Assembly (NCBI GenBank): GCA_025355725.1
Contig: JANXZC010000109.1
Coordinates: 38,340-102,339 of the forward strand
Length of the DNA stretch: 64,000 nucleotides
Source of the DNA: Syntrophus sp. (in: bacteria)
GTDB lineage: Bacteria > Desulfobacterota > Syntrophia > Syntrophales > UBA8958
Reading direction: 5' to 3'
Positions 33,125 through 43,017 of this stretch are shown piece after piece. The notes under the pieces were generated by a model, which did no database searches, was not told where the DNA came from, and saw nothing but the letters and a program-made list of their open reading frames with translations. Both the position numbers and the translations under genes were made by a program. The first letter of the stretch is position 1; every line of letters starts with the position of its first letter.

Positions 33125-34786
33125 TTAGTCTTTGAAGATTGCCCCCGTACTGGCCGATGTCACCAGTTTGGCGTAGCGGGCCAGATAACCGGTGGTGATG
33201 GAGGGCGCTTTGGGTTTCAGCGCCTTCTTTCGTTTTTTCAGCTCCTCCGGCGACACTTTGAGGGTGATCTTTTTCTTCGGGATATCGATGGCTATGATGT
33301 CGCCTTCCCGAACCAATGCGATAGGTCCCCCTTCCGCCGCTTCCGGTGAGATGTGGCCGATCGCGGCGCCGCGGGTGCCGCCGCTGAAGCGGCCGTCCGT
33401 GAGCAGTGCCACGGTGGTATCCAGACCCATTCCGGCGATGGCCGAGGTCGGGGCCAGCATTTCCCGCATCCCCGGGCCGCCTTTGGGACCTTCGTAACGG
33501 ATCACCACGATGTCCCCGGCCTTGATCTTGCCGCCGAGGATCGCCTTAATGGCGTCGTCTTCAGAATCAAAGACCCGGGCGATAGACTCGTTGACCAGCA
33601 TATTTACCGCTACGGCGGATTGTTTGACAACGCAGCCGTCAGGGGCCAGATTCCCCTTGAGGATGGCGATGCCCCCTTCCTTGGTGTAGGGATTCTTGAG
33701 GGTCCGGATAACGTCATCATCGAGGACGATGGCGGATTTGATATTTTCCCCCACTGTTTTTCCCGTAACCGTTTTGGCCTTTTCATCAATGACACCCAGG
33801 GAGCTGATACGCTTCATAACCGCCTGGATCCCTCCCGCCGCGTCCAGGTCTTCGAGGTGATGCGCCCCCGCCGGGCTGAGTTTGCAGAGATTCGGGGTCT
33901 TTTTGCTGATCTCGTTGAAGATGTCCAGCTCCAGCTTGATGCCTGCCTCGTGGGCAATGGCCGGAATATGCAGGACTGTATTGGTCGAGCAACCCAGGGC
34001 CATATCCACGGCAATAGCGTTTTTAAAGGCCGCGAGGGTGGCGATATCCCTTGGTTTTGTTCCCTTTTTGAGGAGATCCATGATCTTCATGCCCGCCTCT
34101 TTGGCCATGCGCCTGCGGGCCGCGTTGACGGCGAGAACCGTCCCGTTTCCCGGCAGGCCGAGACCAAGGGCCTCGGTGACGCAGTTCATGGAATTGGCCG
34201 TGTACATGCCGGAACAGGACCCACAACCGGGGCAGGCGCAATCCTCGACGGCGTCAAGTTCCCGCTGGGACATACTGCCGGCTTTTACCTTGCCCACCCC
34301 CTCGAAGACGCTGATGAGGTCGATGGTCTTTCCCTTGAGCTTTCCTGCCAGCATGGGACCGCCGCTAATAACTATAGTGGGAATATTGAGCCGCAGGGCC
34401 GCCATGAGCATCCCCGGAATGATCTTGTCACAGTTGGTAACCATCACCAGGGCGTCGAAGGGATGTGCCATAGCCATCGATTCGATGGAATCGGCGATAA
34501 GTTCCCTGCTGGCCAGGGAGTATTTCATCCCTGTGTGCCCCATGGCAATCCCATCACAGATACCGATAACGGGAAATTCTACGGGTGTCCCGCCGGCAAT
34601 GCGAATACCAGCCTTGACGTCATCGGTGATGATCCCCAGATGGATATGTCCGGGAACAATTTCGTTGGCCGAGTTGACAACGCCGATAAGTGGGCGATTA
34701 ATTTCTTCGTCCGTATAACCCATGGCCTTGAACAAGGAGCGGTGGGGCGCCCTCTCCAGGCCTTTCTTCATCAAATCGCTGCGCAT
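33125..34786 (-). CDS. ilvD: Dihydroxy-acid dehydratase
   Basis: 553 aa with [16 protein letters not shown] and [11 protein letters not shown]. Confidence 0.95.
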   Translation of the reverse strand: MRSDLMKKGLERAPHRSLFKAMGYTDEEINRPLIGVVNSANEIVPGHIHLGIITDDVKAGIRIAGGTPVEFPVIGICDGIAMGHTGMKYSLASRELIADSIESMAMAHPFDALVMVTNCDKIIPGMLMAALRLNIPTIVISGGPMLAGKLKGKTIDLISVFEGVGKVKAGSMSQRELDAVEDCACPGCGSCSGMYTANSMNCVTEALGLGLPGNGTVLAVNAARRRMAKEAGMKIMDLLKKGTKPRDIATLAAFKNAIAVDMALGCSTNTVLHIPAIAHEAGIKLELDIFNEISKKTPNLCKLSPAGAHHLEDLDAAGGIQAVMKRISSLGVIDEKAKTVTGKTVGENIKSAIVLDDDVIRTLKNPYTKEGGIAILKGNLAPDGCVVKQSAVAVNMLVNESIARVFDSEDDAIKAILGGKIKAGDIVVIRYEGPKGGPGMREMLAPTSAIAGMGLDTTVALLTDGRFSGGTRGAAIGHISPEAAEGGPIALVREGDIIAIDIPKKKITLKVSPEELKKRKKALKPKAPSITTGYLARYAKLVTSASTGAIFKD

Positions 34787-34905
34787 GTGTCCCTCCTCCT
34801 AAAACTTCTCGAATAATTAGAAATTTATCGCGATCGTTGCTAACCCCATCCCTACCCCAACCCTCCCCTTGAAGGGGAGGTAGGTGCAGAGGATTTTCCT
34901 GCGGT

Positions 34906-35952
34906 TTATTTTTTTCTGCGTTCAGGACGAAGGGCCCTCAGGGTGGCGCCGGCCTGCCACATCTCGCTGTTCTTGATGACGTCCAGTTCGGCCTGCAGCT
35001 TTTCCCGGTAATCGGGGGCGCTGTTGACCCTGAGAACGATCTCCGTCTCCTTCCCGGCGGCGACACGATCATAGAGTTCCGTAAAGACGGGAACGACGGC
35101 GTCGCGGAAACGGTTCTTCCAATCCAGGGCTCCCCGCTGGGCCGTGGTGCTGCAGTTGGCATACATCCAGTCCATGCCGTTCTGGGCCACCAGGGGCATG
35201 AGGCTCTGGGTAAGCTCCTCGACGGTTTCGTTGAAGGCCTCGCTGGGGCTGTGCCCCCGCTTGCGCAGCTCATTATACTGTGCTTCGAGAACCCCGGCCA
35301 GGCAGCCCATAAGGACGCCTCGTTCCCCGGTCAGATCACTGTAAACCTCTTTTTCAAAGGTCGTAGGGAAGAGATAGCCCGAACCGATGGCCACACCCGT
35401 CGCCAGGGCCCGCTCCATAGCCCTCCCAGTGGCGTCCTGGAAGACGGCGTAACTGGAATTGATACCGCTGCCGGCCAGGAAGTTGTCCCGGACGGTCCGT
35501 CCCGCGCCTTTGGGGGCCACGAGGATTACGTCGATATCCTTAGGGGGAATGACACCGGTCTGCTCTTTATAGACGATGGAAAAACCGTGAGAAAAATAAA
35601 GGGCCTTGCCCGCCGTCAGGTTCGGTTTCAGTTCCTCCCACATGGCCTTCTGGCCCGCATCGGACTGGAGATACTGGATAATGGTGCCCCGTTTGGCCGC
35701 CTCCATGGGCGAAAAAAGGGTCTTCCCGGGGACAAATCCCTCTTCGATGGCCTTGTTCCAGTTGAAATCCCCCTCGCCGACGATGACGTTGATCCCGTTG
35801 TCTTTCATGTTCAGGGCCTGTCCCCGTCCCTGAACACCGTAACCGATTACGGCCACGATCTCGTCCTTGAGGACTGCCCGGGCCTTGTCCAGAGTAAATT
35901 CTTCCGAGGTGATGACATCTTCGACGACGCCACCGATATTGAGTTGCGACAT
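34906..35952 (-). CDS. ilvC: Ketol-acid reductoisomerase (class I)
   Basis: VIGYGVQGRGQALNMKDNG NADP motif; 348 aa. Confidence 0.95.
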   Translation of the reverse strand: MSQLNIGGVVEDVITSEEFTLDKARAVLKDEIVAVIGYGVQGRGQALNMKDNGINVIVGEGDFNWNKAIEEGFVPGKTLFSPMEAAKRGTIIQYLQSDAGQKAMWEELKPNLTAGKALYFSHGFSIVYKEQTGVIPPKDIDVILVAPKGAGRTVRDNFLAGSGINSSYAVFQDATGRAMERALATGVAIGSGYLFPTTFEKEVYSDLTGERGVLMGCLAGVLEAQYNELRKRGHSPSEAFNETVEELTQSLMPLVAQNGMDWMYANCSTTAQRGALDWKNRFRDAVVPVFTELYDRVAAGKETEIVLRVNSAPDYREKLQAELDVIKNSEMWQAGATLRALRPERRKK

Positions 35953-35985
35953 AATTCCCCCTTCTTGTTTGCCTAGTTTATTTGC

Positions 35986-36474
35986 TTAGTCTATTTGTCT
36001 TTCCAGAGATACAATCCCGGTTCTGGCCATATCATCAATACCCAAAGGTTTCAAGCTCGCCACGGCCTTCTCGATAATTGCCCGGTCACCGGTAATCTCC
36101 ATGACGCAGTGGTCGCCGTTCATCGTAATTACCCGCCCATTGAACGTATCGATGATCAAGGCAAGGTGCCCCTTGTTCGTATCCGAAAGCTTCATGCGGA
36201 CAAGCATCATCTCCCGGGATACGGCTTCCACTTTTGTCAGATCCGTCACTTTGTGGACGTCAATAAGTCTGATGAGCTGTTTTTCAATCTTCCCTATCGT
36301 TGCCTTATCCTGGATCGTCGTCAGGATGATCTTGGAATAGGCGGGGTCCAGGGTGGCGTCCACACAAAGGGTTTCAATATTGTAGCCCCGACCGCCGAGG
36401 ACGCCGGAAACCCTTGCCAGGACGTCGGGTTTGTTGCTGACGAGTAACGCCAGGGTATATTCTTTTTTCTCCAT
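35986..36474 (-). CDS. ilvN: Acetolactate synthase small (regulatory) subunit
   Basis: ACT domain LALLVSNKPDVLARVSGVLGGRGYNIETL; 162 aa. Confidence 0.92.
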   Translation of the reverse strand: MEKKEYTLALLVSNKPDVLARVSGVLGGRGYNIETLCVDATLDPAYSKIILTTIQDKATIGKIEKQLIRLIDVHKVTDLTKVEAVSREMMLVRMKLSDTNKGHLALIIDTFNGRVITMNGDHCVMEITGDRAIIEKAVASLKPLGIDDMARTGIVSLERQID

Positions 36475-36501
36475 AATTTTCTGATTGCCTCCTGTATAAT
36501 A

Positions 36502-38199
36502 TTAGTTTGCCATCTCCCTGCCCAGGGCCATTTCATGGATGGGGCCGCCGGGCCGCACCATGGGATAGACGCACTCCTCCCGGGATACGCGGAAGTCCAT
36601 GAGGACCGGTCCGGGCGCGGCAAGTCCTTTTTGCAGCACCGCCTCCACCTCACCGGGCTTCGTGGCCCGCAGGCCCATCCACCCGTATGCGTCCGCAAGC
36701 TTCAGAAAGTCGGGCTGGTAAGTCATGTCCGTACTGGAATAACGTTTGCCGTAGAAAAGCTGCTGCCACTGCCGAACCATGCCCAGGTAGCCGTTGTTGA
36801 GAAGGACGATCTTTACGGGGATATTGTCCTGGATGGCCGTGGCCATCTCCTGGATGTTCATCTGGATGCTCCCGTCGCCGGCGATATCTATCACCAGTTT
36901 GTCCGGAAAGGCAATCTTCGCTCCGAGGGCCGCGGGTAATCCGTATCCCATGGTCCCCAGGCCACCTGAAGACAAAAATGTGTTGGGCTCGTCGTATCCG
37001 TAGAACTGGGCTGCCCACATCTGGTTCTGGCCGACTTCGGTGGTAATGATAGCGTCGCCCTTCGTCAACTTAAAGAGGGTCTCGATGACGAACTGGGGCT
37101 TGATCTCCGTGTCGCTATGGCAGTAGCTCAGGGGATTCTCTTTTTTCCAGGCGTCTATCTGGTCTAACCACTCCTTTCGCTGGTCATCGGTGACACTGAA
37201 GTCCTTCTGCTCCAGGAGGGCGTTGAAGCTCTGGAGGGCGCTCTTGCAATCGCTGACGATAGGCACGTCCACCATGACGTTTTTGTTGATGGAGGAGGCA
37301 TCGATGTCCACATGGACGATCTTGGCATTGGGAGCGAAATGATCGATCTTGCCGGTAACCCGGTCGTCAAACCGCATGCCGATGGCGATCAGGAGATCAC
37401 AGGTGCTGATGGCCATGTTGGCATAATAAGTACCGTGCATTCCCGGCATGCCCAGCCAGAGAGGATCCGAGGCTGGAAACGCCCCGAGGCCCATAAGGGT
37501 AGAGGTGACGGGCATCCTGGTCCGTCGGGCCAACTGCCGTAGTTCCTCCGAAGCGCCACCGAGGATTACTCCGCCGCCGGAGAGAATCAGCGGCTTTTTA
37601 GCTTCAGCAATAAGATCCATGACATAGAATGCCTTTTTCGAGGCGGGACGGGTGATTTCCTCCTCGATATTTTTCGGCGGCCGAGGTGTATATTCAGTCA
37701 TGGCGGCCATGACATCCTTCGGCAAATCTATCAGCACCGGACCGGGTCGTCCCGACCGGGCGATATGGAAGGCCTCGTGGATCGTCTTGGCGACCTCCTC
37801 CACCCGTTTGACCAGGAAATTGTGCTTTGTACAGGGGCGGGTGATACCGATGATATCTACCTCCTGGAAGGCGTCCGTCCCGATTAGATGGGTGGGGACC
37901 TGCCCGGTCAGAACGACGATGGGGATGGAATCCAAATAGGCATTGGCAATCCCCGTTACCGTGTTGGAAGCCCCGGGTCCGGAAGTGACCAGGGCCACCC
38001 CGACCTTGCCGGAGGCACGGGCGAATCCGTCCGCCGCATGGACGGCCCCCTGTTCATGACGGACCAGGATATGGCGAATCTCGGCCTTGTACAGTTCATC
38101 ATAGATATCCAGAAGCACGCCTCCCGGATAGCCAAAGATTGTGTGGATCCCCTCCTCCTTTAACACCTTGATAAGTATTTCTGCTCCTTTTAGTTGCAC
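36502..38199 (-). CDS. ilvB: Acetolactate synthase large subunit
   Basis: TPP enzyme motifs (GYPGG, GDGSIQMNIQE...NNGYLGMV). Start is the GTG at 38199 (GGGAGG 8 nt upstream). The ORF-track start at 38208 abuts the SD. Confidence 0.93.
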   Translation of the reverse strand: MQLKGAEILIKVLKEEGIHTIFGYPGGVLLDIYDELYKAEIRHILVRHEQGAVHAADGFARASGKVGVALVTSGPGASNTVTGIANAYLDSIPIVVLTGQVPTHLIGTDAFQEVDIIGITRPCTKHNFLVKRVEEVAKTIHEAFHIARSGRPGPVLIDLPKDVMAAMTEYTPRPPKNIEEEITRPASKKAFYVMDLIAEAKKPLILSGGGVILGGASEELRQLARRTRMPVTSTLMGLGAFPASDPLWLGMPGMHGTYYANMAISTCDLLIAIGMRFDDRVTGKIDHFAPNAKIVHVDIDASSINKNVMVDVPIVSDCKSALQSFNALLEQKDFSVTDDQRKEWLDQIDAWKKENPLSYCHSDTEIKPQFVIETLFKLTKGDAIITTEVGQNQMWAAQFYGYDEPNTFLSSGGLGTMGYGLPAALGAKIAFPDKLVIDIAGDGSIQMNIQEMATAIQDNIPVKIVLLNNGYLGMVRQWQQLFYGKRYSSTDMTYQPDFLKLADAYGWMGLRATKPGEVEAVLQKGLAAPGPVLMDFRVSREECVYPMVRPGGPIHEMALGREMAN

Positions 38200-38240
38200 T
38201 GTAAGCACCTCCCTTATGGATGTTTATAATTTTTTAAACA

Positions 38241-38273
38241 ATAAAAAAGCCGCTATCTTTGGAGATGCGGCTT
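38241..38273 (-). terminator. Intrinsic terminator 2 of the ilv leader
   Basis: The minus-strand RNA reads AAGCCGC-aucuccaaagaua-GCGGCUU followed by UUUUAU. Confidence 0.6.
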
Positions 38274-38280
38274 CTTGAAA

Positions 38281-38313
38281 TTAAAAAAGCCGCGGGTTTT
38301 GGGGCCCGCGGCT
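38281..38313 (-). terminator. Intrinsic terminator 1 of the ilv leader (attenuator)
   Basis: The minus-strand RNA reads AGCCGCGGG-ccccaaaa-CCCGCGGCU followed by UUUUUAA. It begins 19 nt after the leader-peptide stop. Confidence 0.7.
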
Positions 38314-38331
38314 CTTGTTTTTAAAGGTTGT

Positions 38332-38409
38332 TTAAAAACACCGAGCAGCAGTCCCCCTCGGTACGATGACTACAACGACGCTGCCCAGTACAATGACCTT
38401 GTTTTTCAT
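38332..38409 (-). CDS. ilv operon leader peptide (25 aa, Val/Ile/Leu-rich)
   Basis: Hand translation gives MKNKVIVLGSVVVVIVPRGTAARCF*. Ten of 12 consecutive residues are branched-chain. It is followed by two terminators and then ilvB. Confidence 0.65.
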   Translation of the reverse strand: MKNKVIVLGSVVVVIVPRGTAARCF

Positions 38410-38449
38410 TTGGCTGTCTTCCATGTCCTTCAAGTTGAAAAGTGGCCGC

Positions 38450-38478
38450 ACCGTACGAAAATAATTGACCCTTGTCAA
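38450..38478 (-). promoter_or_regulatory. Sigma70-type promoter candidate for the ilv leader
   Basis: The minus strand has TTGACA, a 17-nt spacer and TACGGT, about 35 nt upstream of the leader ATG. Confidence 0.45.
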
Positions 38479-38534
38479 GCAGTTTTTTCGGGATAAAATG
38501 ATTTATTTACTTTCATTCGCAGCAACGGAGCTGC

Positions 38535-39950
38535 TCAACATGCAAGCCGGTCATCGCCATTGCCTTCTCCTTTGTCCCGGGAAAGACTTTCTCCCATAAC
38601 CTCCCGCCAGTAAGGGTCGTTTCTCATCTGGGCAAGTTTTCTCTGTAACTGCCGCACCGTAATGCCCAGGATATCGGCGATTTGCCGCCGGTCGCCGCCG
38701 GTGTTCATGAGGACATAGGCGACCTGGGTCTCGTCGTTTTCCTTGAGGCTGCACAGGTGTCGGGCAAAAAGAGACTGCCTGGTGGGCTGTTTCCCCAAAT
38801 TGTGGGGCAGGATCACCCCTCCCTCGCCGAGGAGCACGGCATTCTCGACGACTTGGGCCAGTTCCCGGACATTACCCCGATATTCCCGACGTATAAGGAC
38901 GTCCATAGCCTCGGGACTGAAGCCGCTTATCTCTTTGCCATGCCGGGAATTTGCCTCCCGGAGAAAATGGGCAGACAGCAGGGCGATGTCTCCCTCCCTT
39001 TCCTGCAGCGGCGGGATATGGACATGGGCGGATTTCAGGCGATAGAGGAGATCCAGGCGAAAGCGGCCCTCCTGACAGGCCTTGTCCAGATCCATATTGG
39101 TCGCTGAAATAACGCGTACATCGACCTTCAAAGTCTTAGAACCGCCCAGGGGGGTAAAGGATTTTTCCTCGAGTGCCCGGAGGAGCTTTGCCTGAAGACC
39201 AAAAGGCAGCTCTCCGATCTCATCAAGGAACAATGTTCCGCCATTAGCCTGCTCAAAGAAACCACGATAACTTCCTTCGGCACCGGTGAAGGCGCCCCGG
39301 ACATGGCCGAAGAACTGGGTCTCGAACATGGTGGTCGGAATGGCGCAGACGTTGACGGCAATAAAGGGCCCTGCGGGAGCAGGACCGGTCTGATGAATCC
39401 CCCGGGCCATGAGTTCCTTCCCCGTCCCCGATTCACCGGTAATCAGGACGGGATTGCCGCTCCGGGCCATGACCTGGGCGTAAGCAAGGAGGGATTTCAT
39501 CAGCGGGCATTGAGTAATAATTCCGGCAAAGGCAGCGGGAATATCTCCACCCCCCTCACGACGGGCGGCGGATAATCCCTTGAGAAGACCTTTACGTTCG
39601 TAGGCCCGCTCAATGGTCAGGAACAGCAGTTCGTTGTCCACCGGTTTTACGAGATAATCGTAGGCCCCCAAGCGGATGGCCCGCACCGTTGCCGGGATAT
39701 CGTCCACGGCCGTCAGGATGATGAATTCCGTGTAGGGCTTGAAAGGTTTCGCCGCTTCCAGGACCTGCATGCCGTCCATTTCCGGCATCAGCAGATCGAG
39801 GAGCACGATATCATAATCCCGCTCCCGGATTTTCCGGATGGCCTCCTGACCGTTATCGCAGATATCCACATCACGAATGCCCCGCCATTTCAAAAGGCGT
39901 TGGACCGATGTGAGAGATATTTCCTCGTCATCCACGATCAGGATCTTCAT
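38535..39950 (-). CDS. Sigma54-dependent response regulator (NtrC family: REC-AAA+-Fis HTH)
   Basis: REC domain MKILIVDDEE...LLDLLMPEMDG. AAA+ domain with GESGTGKE and GAFTGA. C-terminal HTH DRRQIADILGITVRQLQRKL. Confidence 0.93.
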   Translation of the reverse strand: MKILIVDDEEISLTSVQRLLKWRGIRDVDICDNGQEAIRKIRERDYDIVLLDLLMPEMDGMQVLEAAKPFKPYTEFIILTAVDDIPATVRAIRLGAYDYLVKPVDNELLFLTIERAYERKGLLKGLSAARREGGGDIPAAFAGIITQCPLMKSLLAYAQVMARSGNPVLITGESGTGKELMARGIHQTGPAPAGPFIAVNVCAIPTTMFETQFFGHVRGAFTGAEGSYRGFFEQANGGTLFLDEIGELPFGLQAKLLRALEEKSFTPLGGSKTLKVDVRVISATNMDLDKACQEGRFRLDLLYRLKSAHVHIPPLQEREGDIALLSAHFLREANSRHGKEISGFSPEAMDVLIRREYRGNVRELAQVVENAVLLGEGGVILPHNLGKQPTRQSLFARHLCSLKENDETQVAYVLMNTGGDRRQIADILGITVRQLQRKLAQMRNDPYWREVMGESLSRDKGEGNGDDRLAC

Positions 39951-42085
39951 AGACGCTGTCTCCCCACTTCCTGAATCATCTTTTGCAATTTATCCATATC
40001 AAAAGGTTTTTGAATCGTAAAGGAAGGAATGAAGTTAGGGTCCGGATTTCCTTGCAGGCCATCCCCATCTCGTCCATACAAAACAGTATAAATCAGGGGG
40101 TAACGTTTTTTTATGCTACTCATGAGCTGGCAGCCGGTCAAACCTTTAAGATCCATAGCGCAGATCACCCAATCTACTTCCGGGTAATCTGTTAAATATT
40201 GGAGGATTCTTTCCCCATCCTCCGGTGACTCGGTCTGACAGGTCGCTGCTTCAAGAAAATACGCCTGAATGTCCTTGAGGAAGGTATCATCGGAATCGAC
40301 AAAGAGCAGGCGTGGATTCATCCGCGGCAAGCTACGTCCATCTATGGGCAGATAGATGGTAAAGCGGCTCCCCACCTTTGGCTGGGAGAGGACGCTGATC
40401 GTACCCCCATGTTCCTTGATAAGACCATAAGAAATGGACAGCCCCAGCCCCGTTCCTCCGGAATCCCGGCGGGTCGTGAAGAAAGGATCAAAAATATGGT
40501 CCATAGTCTCCCTGTCCATGCCCTTTCCGTTATCTTCTATTGCCACGACAACGGCGTCGAGACGGGAGAGATACCGGGCGGTAATGGTGATCTTCCCCTT
40601 TCGTCCCGGTGATATGGCCTGGTGGGCATTGATGAGGAGGTTCGTCAGCACTTGCTCCAATTTTTGAAAATGTCCCCGCACCGCGGGAAGACCGGGCTCG
40701 ATCTTCTGCTCGATAACGGATATGGTTTTGCGTATCTGGCCGCCGACAATAACCAGAACTCCCTGGATGATATCGGCCACCTGGATTGCTTTCTTCTCAG
40801 CCAGCTCGTCGCTGCGGGAAAACTCCTTCAGCCCCGTAATGACCCTGTTGATCCTGTGGGAGGCTATCTTGAATGCATGAATGATCTCCCGCATATTCTG
40901 AACGACCTCTGTCCGGGTAACCCCTCTTTGCTCACAGACTTTCGCAAAGGCATCGTGATCAACGAAAACTGGCTCCAGGGTATCCCAGATCTCCTCCAGG
41001 AGAGGGATGTTGTAGGATATAAAGCTGACGGGATTGTTGATCTCATGGGCAACGCCCGCTACCACTTCCCCGAGGGCTGTCAGTTTGTGGGTTTGAATGA
41101 TCTGCTGAAGACGCAACTCATTTTCCTGGCGAAGCCGCTTTTCATCCGTCACATCCTGCCAGATGCCGACGAAATAGGGGGCCGGGGCATCCGGCATCCG
41201 GACCAGGCGCCAGAAATCGGAGAACCATCTGTAGGTTTGATCGGAGGCGCGGAAACGATACTCGCAATGGTGTGTACCTTCGCCGCGGGATTCCTTCAGG
41301 GCCTTAATCACCCGGTGACGATCGTCGGGATGGATCTGGTTCTGCCAGAAAGAGGTACGGTCTGTAAAGTCCAAGGGACTATAGCCGGTGATTTCCTCCA
41401 CGGAGTGGCTCACAAAGGTCATTTCATATTTCCCTGCGGTGTTCCGGGTATAAGAAACGATGGGCAGAGACTCCAAGAGCAAAGACAATTGATCCGTCGT
41501 ACGCTGAAGGATTTCATTGGTTCTGGCTAACTCCGCGGTCCTTTCCCGGACCCGCATCTCAAGTTCTTCATGGGCCTTCAACAGGGCCGCTTCCGCTTCT
41601 TTTTTCTCGGTGATGTCCTCCAGGGTCTCTACAGCCCCCAGGACCGGCCCCTGGGGATCCCTGAGAAGAGCGGCGGTAAAACGTAACCAGCGACCAGTCT
41701 CGCCTAACTCGGGGAAGAAATCCGTTGCTTCATAGGCGTCCTCGATGAGGGGGGATTTAAGGTATTTTCTTCCATACCACTGGGGGATGTCCGCGACAGC
41801 GCCCTCCACCAGCAGATCGGCCAGGCATGGCCGTTGTCTGCTATAGAAGGCCCGCCACTGCTGGCTGGTGCCGATCACCTCTTCAGCACTGATCTTGCTG
41901 AGTTCTTCAAGGGCCCGGTTCCAGTAGATAAGCCGGTGGTCCCGGTCGATGACAAAGGCAGGGATTGGGGAGCCGCCGATGCATCCCATGAGCAGGTCGA
42001 GTTCTTCTCTGTCCAGGGGACCGGCAAAACGACGATGATTCGATGGGCTTCTTTTCATGGACAATATAAGCGGATCCTCTCTCAA
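39947..42085 (-). CDS. Hybrid sensor histidine kinase (Cys-PAS module, PAS, HisKA, HATPase_c, C-terminal receiver-like domain)
   Basis: H-box GVAHEINNPV plus N and G boxes (GTGLGLSISYG). The first PAS is the same module as in 43018..44406. The stop overlaps the regulator's start. An ATG at 42058 is an alternative start. Confidence 0.9.
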   Translation of the reverse strand: MREDPLILSMKRSPSNHRRFAGPLDREELDLLMGCIGGSPIPAFVIDRDHRLIYWNRALEELSKISAEEVIGTSQQWRAFYSRQRPCLADLLVEGAVADIPQWYGRKYLKSPLIEDAYEATDFFPELGETGRWLRFTAALLRDPQGPVLGAVETLEDITEKKEAEAALLKAHEELEMRVRERTAELARTNEILQRTTDQLSLLLESLPIVSYTRNTAGKYEMTFVSHSVEEITGYSPLDFTDRTSFWQNQIHPDDRHRVIKALKESRGEGTHHCEYRFRASDQTYRWFSDFWRLVRMPDAPAPYFVGIWQDVTDEKRLRQENELRLQQIIQTHKLTALGEVVAGVAHEINNPVSFISYNIPLLEEIWDTLEPVFVDHDAFAKVCEQRGVTRTEVVQNMREIIHAFKIASHRINRVITGLKEFSRSDELAEKKAIQVADIIQGVLVIVGGQIRKTISVIEQKIEPGLPAVRGHFQKLEQVLTNLLINAHQAISPGRKGKITITARYLSRLDAVVVAIEDNGKGMDRETMDHIFDPFFTTRRDSGGTGLGLSISYGLIKEHGGTISVLSQPKVGSRFTIYLPIDGRSLPRMNPRLLFVDSDDTFLKDIQAYFLEAATCQTESPEDGERILQYLTDYPEVDWVICAMDLKGLTGCQLMSSIKKRYPLIYTVLYGRDGDGLQGNPDPNFIPSFTIQKPFDMDKLQKMIQEVGRQRL

Positions 42086-42113
42086 CTCATTGTTAAAAGT
42101 CTACGCTTGAAAT

Positions 42114-42146
42114 TAACAAAAAGGAAGGGATCTTTCTGTCCCTTCC
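42114..42146 (-). terminator. Intrinsic terminator
   Basis: The minus-strand RNA reads GGAAGGGA-cagaaaga-UCCCUUCC followed by UUUUUG. It ends only about 28 nt before the kinase ORF. Confidence 0.6.
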
Positions 42147-42328
42147 CTTTATGGAGGTACGTAAATGGTTTGGAAAAATGGCCGTTTGTTCTTCTGCCTT
42201 TACCTCTCCCCCAAGGTATTGTTCATGATCTTTGAATTGTTTCGCAGCTACCACACAAAGGGGAAATAATCAATCGCAATTAAATCTGTGATTACAAAAT
42301 GTTAATGCAATCTTCTTTGTGCGAAATG

Positions 42329-42352
42329 GCCCACGGGCGCTTGCCCGTGGGC
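42329..42352 (-). terminator. 10-bp GC hairpin 45 nt after the 42397 gene's stop (weak U-tract)
   Basis: GCCCACGGGC-gctt-GCCCGTGGGC, a perfect stem. Confidence 0.4.
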
Positions 42353-42396
42353 TCCTACTTGAGGTAATTCAAATACGCCTTGCATTATCTTGGCAT

Positions 42397-42912
42397 TTAT
42401 TTCGGGGCACTTGCCCACAAAGATATTGCCAGGGGGCTTTTGATCTTTAATGCCTTGAATTTTTCCTCGATTTCTTTTCTGAGTAATTCATCATATTGCA
42501 GCACTATTACGTAGGTCGCATAATCGAACATCAGAATCGTCCGGTTGAGGCTTTCTGCGGCATGATGGTGTTCGACGGCGGTTGTAAATGTGCTCTGATA
42601 CTCGGCATACAACCACATGTGGCGTCTCATGAGGGTGATGGCGTAGATAGCCTGGGGCAGCGGTATGTGTGCCATGTAGCTTTCTTCTGCATATTTGGCA
42701 AAAAGCGTATGCGCCTCCTCGAAGGGTGAATCCGAGAGGAAGAGTTTTCCGAATTTGTTGTAAAAATTCAGGGCCTGCTGTTTTGCCTTGCTTTCCGGCA
42801 TCGTATGATAAAATGGTGTTTTGGGATTATTCTTTATATTGTTATACCACTGCTGGGCGATGGCTTCCGCATGTTTCTCCGTTAAGTCTATCAACTTTGT
42901 GGATGACTTCAT
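42397..42912 (-). CDS. Stand-alone sensor-globin/RsbR_N-like helical protein, paralog 1
   Basis: 171 aa sharing LIDL..HAE.IA.QW...NP.TP.Y, YAEE....IPL..AIYA...MRR..WLYAE.Q and RT.LMFDYA with 45590..46054 and 46115..46951. Confidence 0.6.
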   Translation of the reverse strand: MKSSTKLIDLTEKHAEAIAQQWYNNIKNNPKTPFYHTMPESKAKQQALNFYNKFGKLFLSDSPFEEAHTLFAKYAEESYMAHIPLPQAIYAITLMRRHMWLYAEYQSTFTTAVEHHHAAESLNRTILMFDYATYVIVLQYDELLRKEIEEKFKALKIKSPLAISLWASAPK

Positions 42913-43017
42913 GGTCTGACCTCCTGAATATCCGCTAAATAATTTGGCTTCTGGTCAACAGATCCTCTTCATTGCTGCACACGTAGTTTTCTTGAACCTA
43001 ATCTTTCTTCGGTGCAC

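Noticed and set aside
26340-34816. Large antisense ORFs at 26340..27167, 27595..28767, 29201..29989, 30690..31376 and 33353..34816.
   Set aside because: Each lies opposite a gene with unambiguous family motifs (AbfD-like, mutase, MeaB, CobO, IlvD). Their translations are rich in Arg, Gly and Pro with no motifs, which is typical of shadow frames in GC-rich coding DNA.
40622-41530. A 302-aa plus-strand ORF inside the histidine kinase gene.
   Set aside because: It lies antisense to the clear HisKA/HATPase/PAS motifs, has no SD and has no recognisable domain.
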